A stretch of DNA of 64,000 nt from Octopus bimaculoides (taxonomy: Eukaryota), in assembly GCF_001194135.2 (NCBI RefSeq), contig NC_068989.1:13024446-13088445 (forward strand). The letters are read 5' to 3'. Shown here piece by piece: positions 13,726 to 27,460 of the stretch. Numbering within the stretch: position 1 is the stretch's first letter; every line of letters begins with the position of its first letter. Under the pieces are notes generated by a model. That model did no database searches and was not told where the DNA came from. It worked only from the letters and a program-made list of their open reading frames with translations. Both the position numbers and the translations under genes were made by a program.

Positions 13726-14635
13726 NNNNNNNNNNNNNNNNNNNNNNNNNNNNNNNNNNNNNNNNNNNNNNNNNNNNNNNNNNNNNNNNNNNNNNNNNNN
13801 NNNATATATACATATATATATACGGATATGTGCAAATGAATATACTTGCAAATGTCGGGGGATATGTAGCATACCCTCGTTAAGATTAATTTGTAGTATT
13901 ATTAGCCATTGTATCTTACACAGATATAATTCTCTAATACTTAAAATGTTTTATTGTGAAATCTACGGAAAAAATGCTGTGCTGTGTTGCAGAAGTTACG
14001 TGTCTTAAAATATTTACTGTGAAATAGAAAGACATGATATATAGAGAGAAAACGCTATTTTCTTTCTGGTAAATATATTCATTGAAAATATTGTGGAAAT
14101 TTTTTTACTGCAAGGAAAATTTTAATTAGAAATATTTGTAATATTTTTTATCATATTTTAGATTATTATGTACCAAACCGAATCATTAAAAATGCTATAA
14201 TCGAAAGGGAAATAAATGATAAAAGACCGAAAAAATGAACTGGTTTTGTATAAGCAACACGGAGAGAAGTCAAAAGGAGAAGGAAAATTAGAAGAAACTG
14301 AAAAAATATATAACGATTGAAATGAGTTTACATAGAAACTTACATATATTAAGGTATTCATACACATACAAAAACACAACACAACATATACATACTCACA
14401 CGAAACGCACGTGCGAGCATGCGTACACACAGACCACGGTTTTTCGGTAGTGTTGGGTATACCGGAAGAGTCACGAATTGATGGGCGTCGATTGCTTCAA
14501 TACAGGACAATAAGAAAAATACAAAAAACACGGGCGTGCGTAGAATGATAGATAGATAGATAGATAGATAGATAGACAGACAAACAGACAGACAGATAGA
14601 TAGATATTTTCCCATTGTTTCGAAATGTTATAAAG

Positions 14636-14956
14636 GAGCACTCCGTCGGTTACGACGATGAGGATCCCAGCTGATAAGATCAACGGAACAGCCTGCTCAT
14701 GAAATTAACGTGCAAGTGACTGAGCAATCCACAGACACGTGTACCCCTAACGTAGTTGTCAGGGTGACTCAGCGTGACACAGAGCGTGACAAGGCTGGCC
14801 CTTTCAAAATTAGGTACTACTCATTTTTGCCAGCTGAGCGGACTGGAGCAACGTGAAATAAAGTGTCTTGCTCAAGGACACACCACGTCGCCCTGGAATC
14901 GAACTCACCACCTTACGATCGGGAGCCGAATGCCCTAACCACTAAGCCACGCGTCT
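14636..14956 (-). mobile_element. SINE with head D joined to tail 1 of family C
   Basis: Head CGCGTGGCTTAGTGGTTAGGG...GTTCGATTCC, body GTGTCCTTGAGCAAGACACTTTATTTCACGTTGCTCCAG; below ~14815 it is colinear with the family C tail (AAAGGGCCAGCCTTGTCAC...CGACGGAGTGC). Confidence 0.9.
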
Positions 14957-16215
14957 TTCCATGTTATAAATAATATTAGTAAAGGTCATTACAAAACCTC
15001 ATTAATTGTTTTTGGTTTTAATCGACGAGGCAACTTATTATAAATGCAAAAATATCAAACCACATTGAAAATGTTAAGATTATGTATACCTAACCATCTG
15101 TCACTTAATTTTGAGCAGAAGTATCACTCTATCAATAAAATTCACAACATTTCCCCTTTAAGCGCTGTATATAATATTGCTAAAACATTCCTAGAGCAAC
15201 TTCATAAAACTCGTAACACAAGCAGAATATAAATTGACTTTGGCTTAAGGTACATTCAGCAACAAAATTTATGGTCCCTTAAGGAATGATGTAATATTTA
15301 AACGTTAATATATTCGTGAAGATGTAACCTACACAACACAGAAACTTCTGAGAAGGAGTAGACATAATGGTAACATGGTGGAAGACAAATCTTGTGACTG
15401 TTATTTCTCAACAATTTCTTCAAATGTAGATTAAAACGGAATATATTAACTATATACAGTCATGTCAAATATATGGATATCGAAAGGAATTCATTTCACT
15501 AATTCCTATTATACATAAACGTGTAAAATATGCGCTTTTCATAACGCTAGCAATAACCTCAAAGAACTATTCAATAAATGCAACACATTGATAAGTAACT
15601 GCTAAATTACTGGAAGATAATTAAACATTCATCAACTGACCAACAATTATTTCTTTTATACATGCACTTTATCTTTTCACCTCACACCTATTATCTTTGC
15701 AAAAATTCTGTATAGGTCATCACGTGTTTAAGCATTGTCACTTCCTGTGCCGCATATTAATCGAATATCCTGGCCTCGGTATCAGTTTTGCAATTCTATA
15801 TTCCTATATACTTATTTATATTGTTCTATTTTCAATGTATTTCATTTTTCGTATTGTTTCCGTTGTGCATTTATACATCCATATCCGTTTATGGTTATTC
15901 TAAATACTTCTCCCTCTGTATTGTGTGTTCGTTTCGCTTTTTGCCATCTGTGATATAATTTTTGATCTTCTATATAACTGAAGATATTTCCTCCGTCTGG
16001 CTACTTTTCTCTCTACAAAGGGGAAACTTACATTGCGGAATATTCGTTTATAACGAGCTGTATTTATTTATCATCCGACGAGCTACATCTGCACTGCCGG
16101 AAGCTCCTCAAGCAGTCGTTAAGAGTCCCACCCAAGAGGAATCGATGCTAGATGTGTCCAAACAATTGTGATTAATTATAAATGTTCGTATATTCCTTCT
16201 TCTGTCTTTCATTTG

Positions 16216-16258
<43 letters not shown>

Positions 16259-16262
16259 TATC

Positions 16263-16420
16263 AGGAGTGGCTGTGTGGTAAGTAACTTGCTTGCCAACCA
16301 CATGGTTCCTGGTTCAGTCCCGCTGCCTGACACCCTGGACAAGTGTCTTCTTCTATAGCCTCGGGCCGACCAAAGACTTGTGAGTGGATTTGGTAGAGGG
16401 AAACCGAAAGAAGCCATAGG
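16263..16420 (+). mobile_element. SINE family B left arm
   Basis: GGAGTGGCTGTGTGGTAAGTAACTTGC...GGTTCAGTCCC...AAACCGAAAGAAGCC followed by TA/TG repeats. Confidence 0.92.
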
Positions 16421-16479
16421 TATATACATATATGCTTGTGTGTGTGTGCGTGTGTGTGCATGGGTGCATACATGTCATG

Positions 16480-17490
16480 CTTGAACGTAAATGCTGTATG
16501 TAGTTAGGAAACAAGTTAAACGATGCAGCGTTGCGTGAGGATAGAAGTTTGTGGGTGGATGGTAGAAGTTGAGGGAGAAGGTAAGAGGTGTGGGGATGTG
16601 TAAGTAGGTGTGGAGGAAGGGTTAACATGAAGAGGGGTGAGGAAATTAGATCATGAGCAATACTTCCTTGCTGCAGAACGAAGCAGAAATACGGGCGGTC
16701 ATTGTACAAGGGTAGTACGAACACAGAAAGATAGATAAATATTGCACTCGAGTGGGAATGACACTCGAGTGGGAATGGTGCGAAACAAGGGCTCATTGGC
16801 GAGTGCAATGTCTTTAAATTCTTCGGCAAAAACATTTAGCCGTAGTCGGCCGGTTTGTCCGATGTATGAAGAGTGGCTAAGAGAACAATGAATCCCATAA
16901 ATCAAATTAATAATGGTTCATATAAATAAGTTGGTGATGTGAGAGTACCCATGTGGATGGTAGTGTTGGAAATGAAGGCGCATTTGCGGAAGCATGGGCG
17001 CGATTACGTCAATGAGACACGGTGTGTGTTAGAAGTGGGGGAAAAGCAAAGGGCCAGTTGGTCGGATAGGTAGTAGGTGTATTTGAATGGGGGAGGAGGA
17101 TAAGAGTTGGTGAAAAATGTGTAAAATGGTCCATTAGATAGGTAGGGTTGAGGGTAGTAGGATAAATGAAACACAGTAGAAGGATGGTTCTGAGGATAGA
17201 AGGCGGATGCACGGTCAACATGGTAAGTACTGTTTGGGTAAAAGTTCGAAGTTACCCCGTTGGGTGAAGTCGAAAGCCAGGAATTTGAATTGTCTGATCT
17301 AAAAGTCATGATCGTCAGAAAAAAAGCCGAGGAGGACGGAGAAACTGTGTGTACTGAATGGATAGGTTAGTGTGCGTAAGGCGGTAGGAGGATAAGTTGA
17401 TGTAGGAGTCTTTGAATTTCTAGTGGACAGAGGCGGTATGAGTTGAGAATTCAAATATCTAGGGAATTAGAATTAGAATTGCTGGAGCCT
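16480..17490 (-). mobile_element. Decayed Penelope-like element (RT C-terminus, CxxC linker, GIY-YIG endonuclease)
   Basis: Minus-strand pieces THTNLSIQYTQFLRPPRLFSDDHDF, SRPCFRKCAFISNTT, IYGIHCSLSHSSYIGQTGRLRLNVFAE match the PLE RT thumb and GIY-YIG motifs; frameshifts, stops and a 17-bp internal duplication at 16745-16777. Confidence 0.85.
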
Positions 17491-18375
17491 AATTAGGAGA
17501 GTTCAAGTGCGTGTCATGTGTATAAATATACATACATGCATACGTGGATACGTACGTACATACATACATACATACATACATACATACATACATACATACT
17601 TATACAGGAAGCCTGAAACGAAATGTGCGTGAACGATTTTCAGATTTATGTATACAAAATTTCAAATATTTTACTGAATATATAGATATGGCAGGTTCTT
17701 TGTGCGCATGTTTGTGCATGTGCGTCTGTGCGTGTGTGCGTGTGTGTGTGTGTGTNNNNNNNNNNNNNNNNNNNNNNNNNNNNNNNNNNNNNNNNNNNNN
17801 NNNNNNNNNNNNNNNNNNNNNNNNNNNNNNNNNNNNNNNNNNNNNNNNNNNNNNNNNNNNNNNNNNNNNNNNNNNNNNNNNNNNNNNNNNNNNNNNNNNN
17901 NNNNNNNNNNNNNNNNNNNNNNNNNNNNNNNNNNNNNNNNNNNNNNNNNNNNNNNNNNNNNNNNNNNNNNNNNNNNNNNNNNNNNNNNNNNNNNNNNNNN
18001 NNNNNNNNNNNNNNNNNNNNNNNNNNNNNNNNNNNNNNNNNNNNNNNNNNNNNNNNNNNNNNNNNNNNNNNNNNNNNNNNNNNNNNNNNNNNNNNNNNNN
18101 NNNNNNNNNNNNNNNNNNNNNNNNNNNNNTATATATATATATATATATATGGATGTCTTTCTTCAGTTTTTAACCTATATGCATATCAGCAGAAACTCTG
18201 GAAAATGTAGTTAAATCACACACGAGACAGAAAGAAATATATGCATATACACATAAGTGCTTATCCTACTATTGTACATATGTACACGCAAATACACACC
18301 CACGCACCTACACGCACAGACTAATACAAGCAGATATATATATGTATGGGAATATGTGTATGGGTATGTGCGTAT

Positions 18376-18412
<37 letters not shown>

Positions 18413-19900
18413 TGCATTTATACTTATATACGCGTGTGTATATGTATATGAAGAAAAAATGAATTTTGAGAGAGAAATAGGTACATGCATGAATATATTA
18501 TATCGTTTATACGTATATGAGTGTGTGTGCGTGTATGTGTGTGTATGTGTATAATGAGAGAAAGAGAGAGAGAGGGAGAGAGAGAGAGAGACAGAGAGAG
18601 AGAGAAAATGAAAGAAAGAAAAGGTGAGCGAGATAGAAGGCGAGAGAGAGAGACATGCTATATATCTTCATGTGCGTGCTTTTGTATGTGTGTGTCCGTG
18701 TGGGTGTATGTTAGTGTTTGTGTGTACGTATGCATGCATGTGTGTGTGTATGTTTGTGCCTATGTGTGCCACCGTCTGTGCGTGCGTGCGCGCTTGTGCG
18801 TGTATGTGTGTATGTGTGGTGGGATGCACGTATACACAACAAAAGCAGAAAATCAGATATGTAATGTGCGGTGTTATATTTTTGTATGCCCATACGGACA
18901 ATGTTTTAAATATGAAATATGCGTGTATGAAAGATAAATATATGAATGTTATATTGCGAGTGATTACTCCTTGTACAAGCGGTTGGGGCCATGGCGAGCG
19001 TTCGGGAATGATTCTAAAATTAAATAAAATCTCGCTGCACATCTGTAGCGTTGCTTCATTTTATATACTATTTCAACACTTAAATACACGTGTTGATAGA
19101 TGTAGCGTGTGTATTTAATTGTATGTCTTAACAAAGGTAGATTCTCAAAGTATTTATATACATGACGAGAGCATTCATATATTCCCTCATATATATATAT
19201 ATATATANNNNNNNNNNNNNNNNNNNNNNNNNNNNNNNNNNNNNNNNNNNNNNNNNNNNNNNNNNNNNNNNNNNNNNNNNNNNNNNNNNNNNNNNNNNNN
19301 NNNNNNNNNNNNNNNNNNNNNNNNNNNNNNNNNNNNNNNNNNNNNNNNNNNNNNNNNNNNNNNNNNNNNNNNNNNNNNNNNNNNNNNNNNNNNNNNNNNN
19401 NNNNNNNNNNNNNNNNNNNNNNNNNNNNNNNNNNNNNNNNNNNNNNNNNNNNNNNNNNNNNNNNNNNNNNNNNNNNNNNNNNNNNNNNNNNNNNNNNNNN
19501 NNNNNNNNNNNNNNNNNNNNNNNNNNNNNNNNNNNNNNNNNNNNNNNNNNNNNNNNNNNNNNNNNNNNNNNNNNNNNNNNNNNNNNNNNNNNNNNNNNNN
19601 NNNNNNNNNNNNNNNNNNNNNNNNNNNNNNNNNNNNNNNNNNNNNNNNNNNNNNNNNNNNNNNNNNNNNNNNNNNNNNNNNNNNNNNNNNNNNNNTATAT
19701 ATATATACCAATGTATCGTCAGTTTTATGATCTGTAGCTTGGCAATTTCGTGTCAATGAAATATTTAAATGTTCTTGTAACACGAAATTCGTTCGCTATT
19801 TGAATATGCAAATATTTATGTTGTTTATCGATCCTTTTTATTTTCACCGAATTCAAAAATATATTTTATATGTCCTCTATACAGAAATGGTCATGTACGG

Positions 19901-19936
<36 letters not shown>

Positions 19937-20135
19937 ACATACACAAACACACACACACACACAAAGATTGTAAGGAACGACATATATAGAGGATAGAATA
20001 AAGTGTGTCTATATGTATGTGTGTGTGTGTGTGTTTGCATTTATTTGTTTGCATATATATTCATGCGTGTGTATATATAGTTCTAAATATGCATGTAATA
20101 AATAGGTATAGGTAATGTGTATGATTGTATACACA

Positions 20136-20203
<68 letters not shown>

Positions 20204-21754
20204 GAGAGAGAGAGAGAAAGAGAGAGTTATAGGTAGATAGATAAATAGATAGATGATGCATGCATACACAGAGGCATATATATACATATATTAGCATATA
20301 TGTACATGCATACATACATATACTTGTATATGAAGTGTTCGTGTACATTGTCTCCATAATTTGTGATGAAATACACGTATGTACATATATGCATATAAAT
20401 GTATGTATATACATACATACATACGTTCATACATACATACATACATGGATACACACGCAGAGACACATATATATGTATATGTATGTGTGTATATATATAT
20501 AAAATATATGTTTGTCTGTGATGTTCTTCTTTTGTGATGGCAAACATATACATACACATGTACACATGAAACGCAAAAATGGAAAATATATGCAAAAACG
20601 ACCAATAATTACGAACTTAGTATGTTTGACAACATATGCAGCATTTCATCTTCTTTATTTTGAAACCATAGCTCCATTGTATCAAATATGATTTTCAATA
20701 TTTTAAATTATGAATACACTTGAAATTAAAACAGGAACTTCATTTATTTATGAACACATCTCTGTTGTTTATGTTTTATAGACCCTACTATAATGAAAAA
20801 AACATCGACACACATAAATACAGGCATATATATACATACATAGACATATGCATACACATAACCATACACATACACACACACATATATTATACTAGAACTG
20901 CATCGACGAAACAGTTCTCCCACGTGAGATGATTCTTTACAAGCATTTTCGTTCGACACCTCATAAACTTTTTACCGAGAGGAATATGAAGAAAAACAGA
21001 GTAAAGAGCACAGCCAATGGTACTGAGTGTGCGTAAACCATTAAAATAGCGCGTTTACTATTCCCGTTTTAATTATAAGGTTACCAATGTGCTTGTGTAC
21101 ACTACAGATTTCAGATAGATCTGGTTCGGAAATTTCGTGTAATTCTACTTCTTCGGTTTGTGCTGGCAATTCCAAATATATTACACTCATTAAGAAGGTA
21201 AATGTTCTTAGCGAATACAATTTCCAAATCTTCTCTGTTACACAACGCGTATGGAGTTCTATTCCAGTGGTACGGCATATCTTAACACCGACCATTTTAA
21301 TCAATATCTAATCACACTTGTTTAAGTTCTGTGAATACTTAACGGACAAGGTTTAGAGCCTACGTCTCAGTGTGGAGAAGGAGTGCTTAAGCATAGAAAT
21401 GCATTGTTGCACGGGTTAACTATGGTGGCTACGTAATATTTCTTACTATTGAGTGTCAACACCCAGCTTCTACGCCGTGTGTTTATATGCTAACTTTGAC
21501 TGCCCAGCGGGTAATCCGTAGGAGTCTGAATGTTACATCCCGGTAGCGGTAGACAGTTCTAGTAGTCAACATACGAGCAGTGGGGATTGGAAGAATGCAT
21601 GTCTGGGTAGTGGATTCTAGTTTGCCAGGTCCATATCCAACTGGACCTATTTCCGGTAAGTCCGTCGTTCCTGAAACAGTTACCGCGCTGCATATTCTCA
21701 AGAAAACCGAAAATGTGGTAAGTCTAAACTTGGACGGTGCTATCTCGTGGGATG

Positions 21755-22425
21755 CCCCTCAGCGTCACCAGCTTCCGCAGTAGAGACTCAAGCGACAATA
21801 TATACAGAAGCGATGAGAGGGGGAACCCTTGACGAACCGAACGCATGATGTTAAATGGTCTGGATAGATGACCATTTACGCGAACTACCGAGCGGATACT
21901 GCTGTATAAGGCAGCGATCCAACCGCTGAGGATGGGACTGAAACCATTCGCTTTAAGGACAGCCCCAAGGAGTGATGGTCTACCCTATCGAAAGCTTTTG
22001 TTTGATCCATATTGATCAGCGCCTCACCCATGCCAGGATTCTTAACTACTCTGTTTATGATGTAGCACATCAGATAGAGGTTGTCATGGATACTCCTACC
22101 CGGTACGGCGCGCGTTTGCGCCTTGTCCTTGTCGACTAGTTTCTCGATGACAAGCGCCAACCACTCGGCTAACACCTTGGCCAAAATTTTCAAATCTGCG
22201 TTGAGCAGAGTGACGGACCTGAAGTTATCTATGACGTTCCCCTTGTTTGGATCTTTCTTTAGCAGTGCCACCGCTCTTCGCTTTACAAAGACGGGGATAC
22301 TCCCGTTTTGCTGCCATTGTCTGATTATCATATATCGCGCAGTCTTCAAATCATTTGGACGGAAAAAATATGAACTCTTTAGACTAGGTCAGAACAGTAC
22401 TGGAGGAGCGTTTTTCGTCACGGAC
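21755..22425 (-). mobile_element. Tx1/L1-clade LINE reverse transcriptase fragment (decayed)
   Basis: LLKKDPNKGNVIDNFRSVTLLNADLKILAKVLA...PGRSIHDNL...LINMDQTKAFDRVDH, then after a frameshift VRLNGHLSRPFNIMRSVRQGFP: RT domains 1-4 of L1/Tx1 type. Confidence 0.88.
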
Positions 22426-22990
22426 AAGCGAATTTTGGAAGAGCATTGTAGAAAATGAAGGAGAGTATATTATAGATTAAAAAAGAAGTTTGTTTAACTT
22501 AATTTTGAAAAATGAATATATTAAAAAAAAAACCGCATAATTTATGGGATGACCCGATACTTTATTACATTGCTGGATTTAATGTGTTTCTGTCAGGTAT
22601 TAAATGATATAGCTACGCATACGAATATACTAGATAACCTCTAAAACAACATGAATGTTATTTGCAATGTATCATTCAGACCCACTGTCCCTTCAGTAGT
22701 TTATACAACGATTCCCTTTTATTTGCTGTTTTGAAAGACACGGTTCTTGTGTGCTCCAGCTGGTGTCGCTCCTCCAGCTATATTATGAGTCTCTCTCACG
22801 AAATATATTATGAATATTTTGGCTCAAGCTCCGTTGTAATAACTGCTTGTCTTTTCTTTACATCAAATATGAAGCTGTATTTGATGTTTAATATTAACTA
22901 TGACAAATTCATTACTCTTGTTGTCAGTGAAACTACAGGAAACAAACCATTTCTCTCATAAGAAAATACAATACAAAAGGCAATCTTATC

Positions 22991-23103
22991 TCGACTTCGG
23001 GTTTCATTGTGTGGGGTCGATAAAATGATGTACCAGTCAGGGTTTCGATGGTATCAACTGAGTGCCATCCGAAGTATTTGGCTTTGTGCCAATATCAGGA
23101 ACA
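22991..23103 (+). mobile_element. Degenerate SINE family A body and tail A2
   Basis: GGGGTCGATAAAATGATGTACCAG...GGCTTTGTGCCAATAT similar to 32270-32385. Confidence 0.6.
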
Positions 23104-24415
23104 ATTTTTCTTTCAAGACTATCATTAGAATTCATGATGGCGTATTACTAGAATGTCAGTATAACATGTTTTAAATGTAAAGCTGCACACGGAATCATAT
23201 CTTCTCCTTTTAAATTTCACTATAAGACTAAATATTATGAAATTAAACACGATACGATTAAACACTATAAAACTAAACAATTCGAGGACTTTACAGCAGT
23301 ACGGAATAAGAATTGAACCGACATGTTTTGTGAGTGTAAGGTATTGGAATGTAGAACGTACCTCGTACTATGTATTAAACTTATGCTAATTGCTTTGTTA
23401 TACATATAGCTTGGTAAAAGCGTAAACTTGTTCAATTAGTAAAGCAAAGTAGTATTGCGATTCAGAAGTGACATGCATGAATCATAGATCATAATTTAAC
23501 CAAAGAAACCACTGTTTTAACAAAAATACTCCATCCATCAATAATAACACCTCACAAGTTATATCTAGCTAATGTGAACGGCCTTATAGTCATTCTGTTT
23601 GGTTGAGGATTTTATTTACCAACCACGTCGTTCTTATCTACGCACACACCAATTTGGACGGGCATCTACTCCAACACAAATAAGTGATAATCTGCAGACA
23701 GGAACTGCGTGAGAGTATGTCTGAGGAAAGTGTTATATGCGGGGCATCATGCATTACCCTGTATAACTGGAATATATCTCACTTTGAGTATAAGCGCAAC
23801 GAATGATGGTATGTTTCTCCCATCCTCCGTCGTTTCCAGTCTCACAGACATGTATGACATCACGTGCCCTAGGCGTCGCCCCCAACTTTGTTATCAAAAT
23901 AAAATAATCTAACAATATAGTTTCTATCTGTCAGTTACCATCTAAAAAAGTGCGCCAAAGATGAAAAGTAATCAAAATGAAGCAGTAGTTTTATTCGAAT
24001 CAATTCCGTTTCATTTCATTCCTTAACTTGTAAAATCTGACAAGACATGTTTCTGTACTCTGTGAAATGTTATTGCAATGTTACATGCTTACACACATTA
24101 ACATATACAAATACACATTCACACAAACATAGTCACACACAGACACACATACACATACATACACACATACATATACACATGTGTGCACATACACTCAGTT
24201 TTTTCTTATATATTTTCATAGACTAGTGTCTTCGTTTCCAAATAGATCTCACGGTGTGCACTGAGTCCGAAAGACGGCTTGGAGACGCATGGAATGTAAC
24301 ATAACTCTTCAACATTACTGTATTAGTTGCTCTTCTTTTAAATTTTGTGTATATTAAGTAGTAGTTATCTCTAACTAGATGGAATGCATTTTCTTCTCTA
24401 TAACGGAATAGAACG

Positions 24416-24498
<83 letters not shown>

Positions 24499-25135
24499 TA
24501 TGGATGTGTGTATTTATATTTTACGCGATTATGCGCGTTAGAATTTACATTTCTGTACTGACATATATTCTTGTATATGTGTAAATGCACTGATAAACAA
24601 ACGGTGTATATTCATATCTCGAAGAATCATTAAAACATTCAAAGATATGCAAATCGTTGATAAACCGATATATCTTCTTATTTGTTCACAAAGATTAGTT
24701 TGTTTTTCAAAACATTTTACTCTGATAGAATAAAGTTTGCTATATTTTTTTTTTGATAACTTCCCCGTTATTGTAAATTCCCCGAGCCAAACCATGCCAA
24801 GCCTAGCCAAGCCAAAGAGAAACAAGATTGAATTTGAAAGGAAATAATACAGGATAACAAACAGAAATAATAAAGCACCACAGATCAAAGCAAATAAATA
24901 AGCCGTACACTCTGGAAAATAGATTTACGAAGATTTGCGATTCTCTTTAGAGATCCTTCTGAATATATTTGATTACAGATTCAGGCTAAAAATTTGCATG
25001 CCGATAACATTCAAGAGAAATAGTCTATCGGAAACTTGTTTAATCAAACTTTGCACACATACGAACATGCAAATGTACGTATATTATGAATACATATATG
25101 GAAAGATGCGTATACGTATGCTTATATCTATTTGT

Positions 25136-25167
<32 letters not shown>

Positions 25168-25600
25168 TTATCTTTATATCTCTGTCTTTTTCTCTCTCTC
25201 TCACTCTCTCTCTCTATCTTTCTCTCCACACACGCACATAGGTATGCATATATATATATATATATATATATNNNNNNNNNNNNNNNNNNNNNNNNNNNNN
25301 NNNNNNNNNNNNNNNNNNNNNNNNNNNNNNNNNNNNNNNNNNNNNNNNNNNNNNNNNNNNNNNNNNNNNNNNNNNNNNNNNNNNNNNNNNNNNNNNNNNN
25401 NNNNNNNNNNNNNNNNNNNNNNNNNNNNNNNNNNNNNNNNNNNNNNNNNNNNNNNNNNNNNNNNNNNNNNNNNNNNNNNNNNNNNNNNNNNNNNNNNNNN
25501 NNNNNNNNNNNNNNNNNNNNNNNNNNNNNNNNNNNNNNNNNNNNNNNNNNNNNNNNNNNNNNNNNNNNNNNNNNNNNNNNNNNNNNNNNNNNNNNNNNNN

Positions 25601-25661
<61 letters not shown>

Positions 25662-26239
25662 TTGTATATATATATACACAATTTAGGACGCTAGGACGTA
25701 TAGTTAGTATATACGCATTTAAATAAAAACTGTATATATTTTAACATATGTAATTTAATTTGTTAGTGAATATGGCTTGCATATTTGTTCAAGTGTGTCT
25801 ATATCTCTCACAGGAGCGAATATATGTGAATGCATTTATATTCCGAAATTCATATGATATATGGAACTTCTGTCTTGATAATATGGTGTACATGTATATT
25901 GTAATAGAAAGGACACACACCTGCACCCGCACACAGATACACATACACACTCACACACACATTATAATTGTCACTAAATGTGACTAGGGTGTTAGAAATA
26001 TTGCTAGAAATAAGAGGTACAATGCTCTCCATCTGTCTGTCTGTCTGTCTGACAGGAAAATAAAAGACGAAGACAGTTGTATTAGTTTGACGATCAGTAA
26101 AGTGTGAAAGTCTTTTAAGTTTCGGGCTTACGCACTTTTACAGAAATGTTCAACAAACATTTTAACGATATAATCCCCGCTTCATGTCTTTAACATTTCT
26201 CTCTTTCTTTTCATTGCTAAACTCCCACTAACCACTTAC

Positions 26240-26310
26240 CGCATGAGTGACAGCAAATGCATCGACTGACAATTTGCACTCTTGCTCACCCTCACATTCC
26301 CTCCTCCTCT
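26240..26310 (-). CDS. Candidate internal exon (71 nt; alternative acceptor gives 26240-26318), product unknown
   Basis: Donor GCG|GTAAGT; acceptor TTTACATTTTACGCTTTAG|TTTGTTAG|; frames RGGGNVRVSKSANCQSMHLLSLM or LLERRRECEGEQECKLSVDAFAVTHA. Confidence 0.25.
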
Positions 26311-26406
26311 CTAACAAACTAAAGCGTAAAATGTAAACAAACACGTAGAAGAATGATATTACAGATTTAGTTCAATTAAAATCTACTCTTCACTATCAAC
26401 ACACGT

Positions 26407-26550
26407 CTTTGCCTTTCATCCATTCGGGTTCAATTAAATAGGTACCAGTTACATACTGGAGTCGATTCGATGTAATCGACTTAATCCCTTTGTCTGTCCT
26501 TGTTTGTCCTCTCTATGTTTAGCCCACTGCGGGCAATAAAGAAATAAATA
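26407..26550 (+). mobile_element. SINE family A, 5'-truncated, tail A1
   Basis: CTTTGCCTTTCATCC...GATGTAATCGACTTAATCCCTTTGTCTGTCCTTG...GGGCAATAAAGAAATAAA matches the reverse complement of 5738-5880. Confidence 0.85.
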
Positions 26551-26959
26551 GAAAACCGTATCTACTATCTCTCTCGTTTCTGTTTCTGTCTTTGCTTTTC
26601 TCTCTCACTTTCTCTCTCTGTTTCTCACTTTAATTTAACTGCATCCCGTGTCCATCTCTCTATCTGCCTTTCTTTAACCCTACCACCAGAACATCACCCT
26701 CAGTTAAATATTGTATCCCAAACGTATCTCTTTCTCATTACATTTCACTCTTCACCTGACAGCATGTCATTAATACTCTTCTTTCGCTCTTTTCTTTCAC
26801 CGACATTTTCTCTCGCTCTTCGCTTCTCGCTTCAACTAACCACGAGTTGCATTTGGCTTTAGTGTACTATTATATTCCTCTCGTCTTACATCTCTATTCA
26901 CGTTCTTCTCTCTCTCTCTCTATTTCTCTTCCTCTCTCTCTTTCTCTTTATCTCTCTTT

Positions 26960-27105
26960 GAGTTTCCATCTGTCAAAACAACCCACAAGGCTTTGGTTGG
27001 TCTGAGGCTACAATAAAAGACGCTTGGTGAAGGTGCCATGCAGTGGGACTGAACCCAGGACCATGTTCTTGGGAACATGCCTCTTACTACACAACCACGC
27101 CTTCA
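26960..27105 (-). mobile_element. SINE family B left arm, diverged
   Basis: CACAAGGCTTTGGTTGG...GGTGCCATGCAGTGGGACTGAACCC. Confidence 0.8.
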
Positions 27106-27126
27106 CCTATGTATATTTTTATATAC

Positions 27127-27460
27127 TCTTTTATCGATCCCAGGACTTCTTCTTTGTAAGCTTAGTACTTATTCTATCGGTCTCTTTTGCCGAAAGCTAA
27201 GTTACGGGGACGTAAACACACCAGCATCTGTTGTCAAGTGATTCTAGGGGGACAAACACAGACACACAAATACACACACACACAAACACACACACACACA
27301 CACANNNNNNNNNNGTTTCCTTCTACCAAATCCACTCACAAGGCTTTGGTCGGCCTGAGGCTATGTAGAAGACACTTGCCCAAGATGCCATGCAGTGGGA
27401 CTGAACCCGGAACCATGTGGTTGATAAGCAAGCTACTTACCACACAGCCACTCCTGCGCC
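27127..27460 (-). mobile_element. SINE family B with internal (CA)n and gap, 3' deletion
   Basis: Both arms match 34605-34940; head ends ACCACACAGCCACTCCTGCGCC. Confidence 0.92.

Noticed and set aside
20905-20930. Hairpin AGAACTG-N11-CAGTTCT
   Set aside because: A 7-bp stem is expected by chance in 64 kb and there is no supporting context
21340-21755. Continuation of the Tx1 RT beyond domain 4
   Set aside because: Only patchy nucleotide resemblance and no readable motif, so it was left out of the feature
24255-24285. CACTGAGTCCGAAAGACGG resembling a canonical hammerhead stem II
   Set aside because: The CUGANGA and GAAA cores and stems I and III are absent
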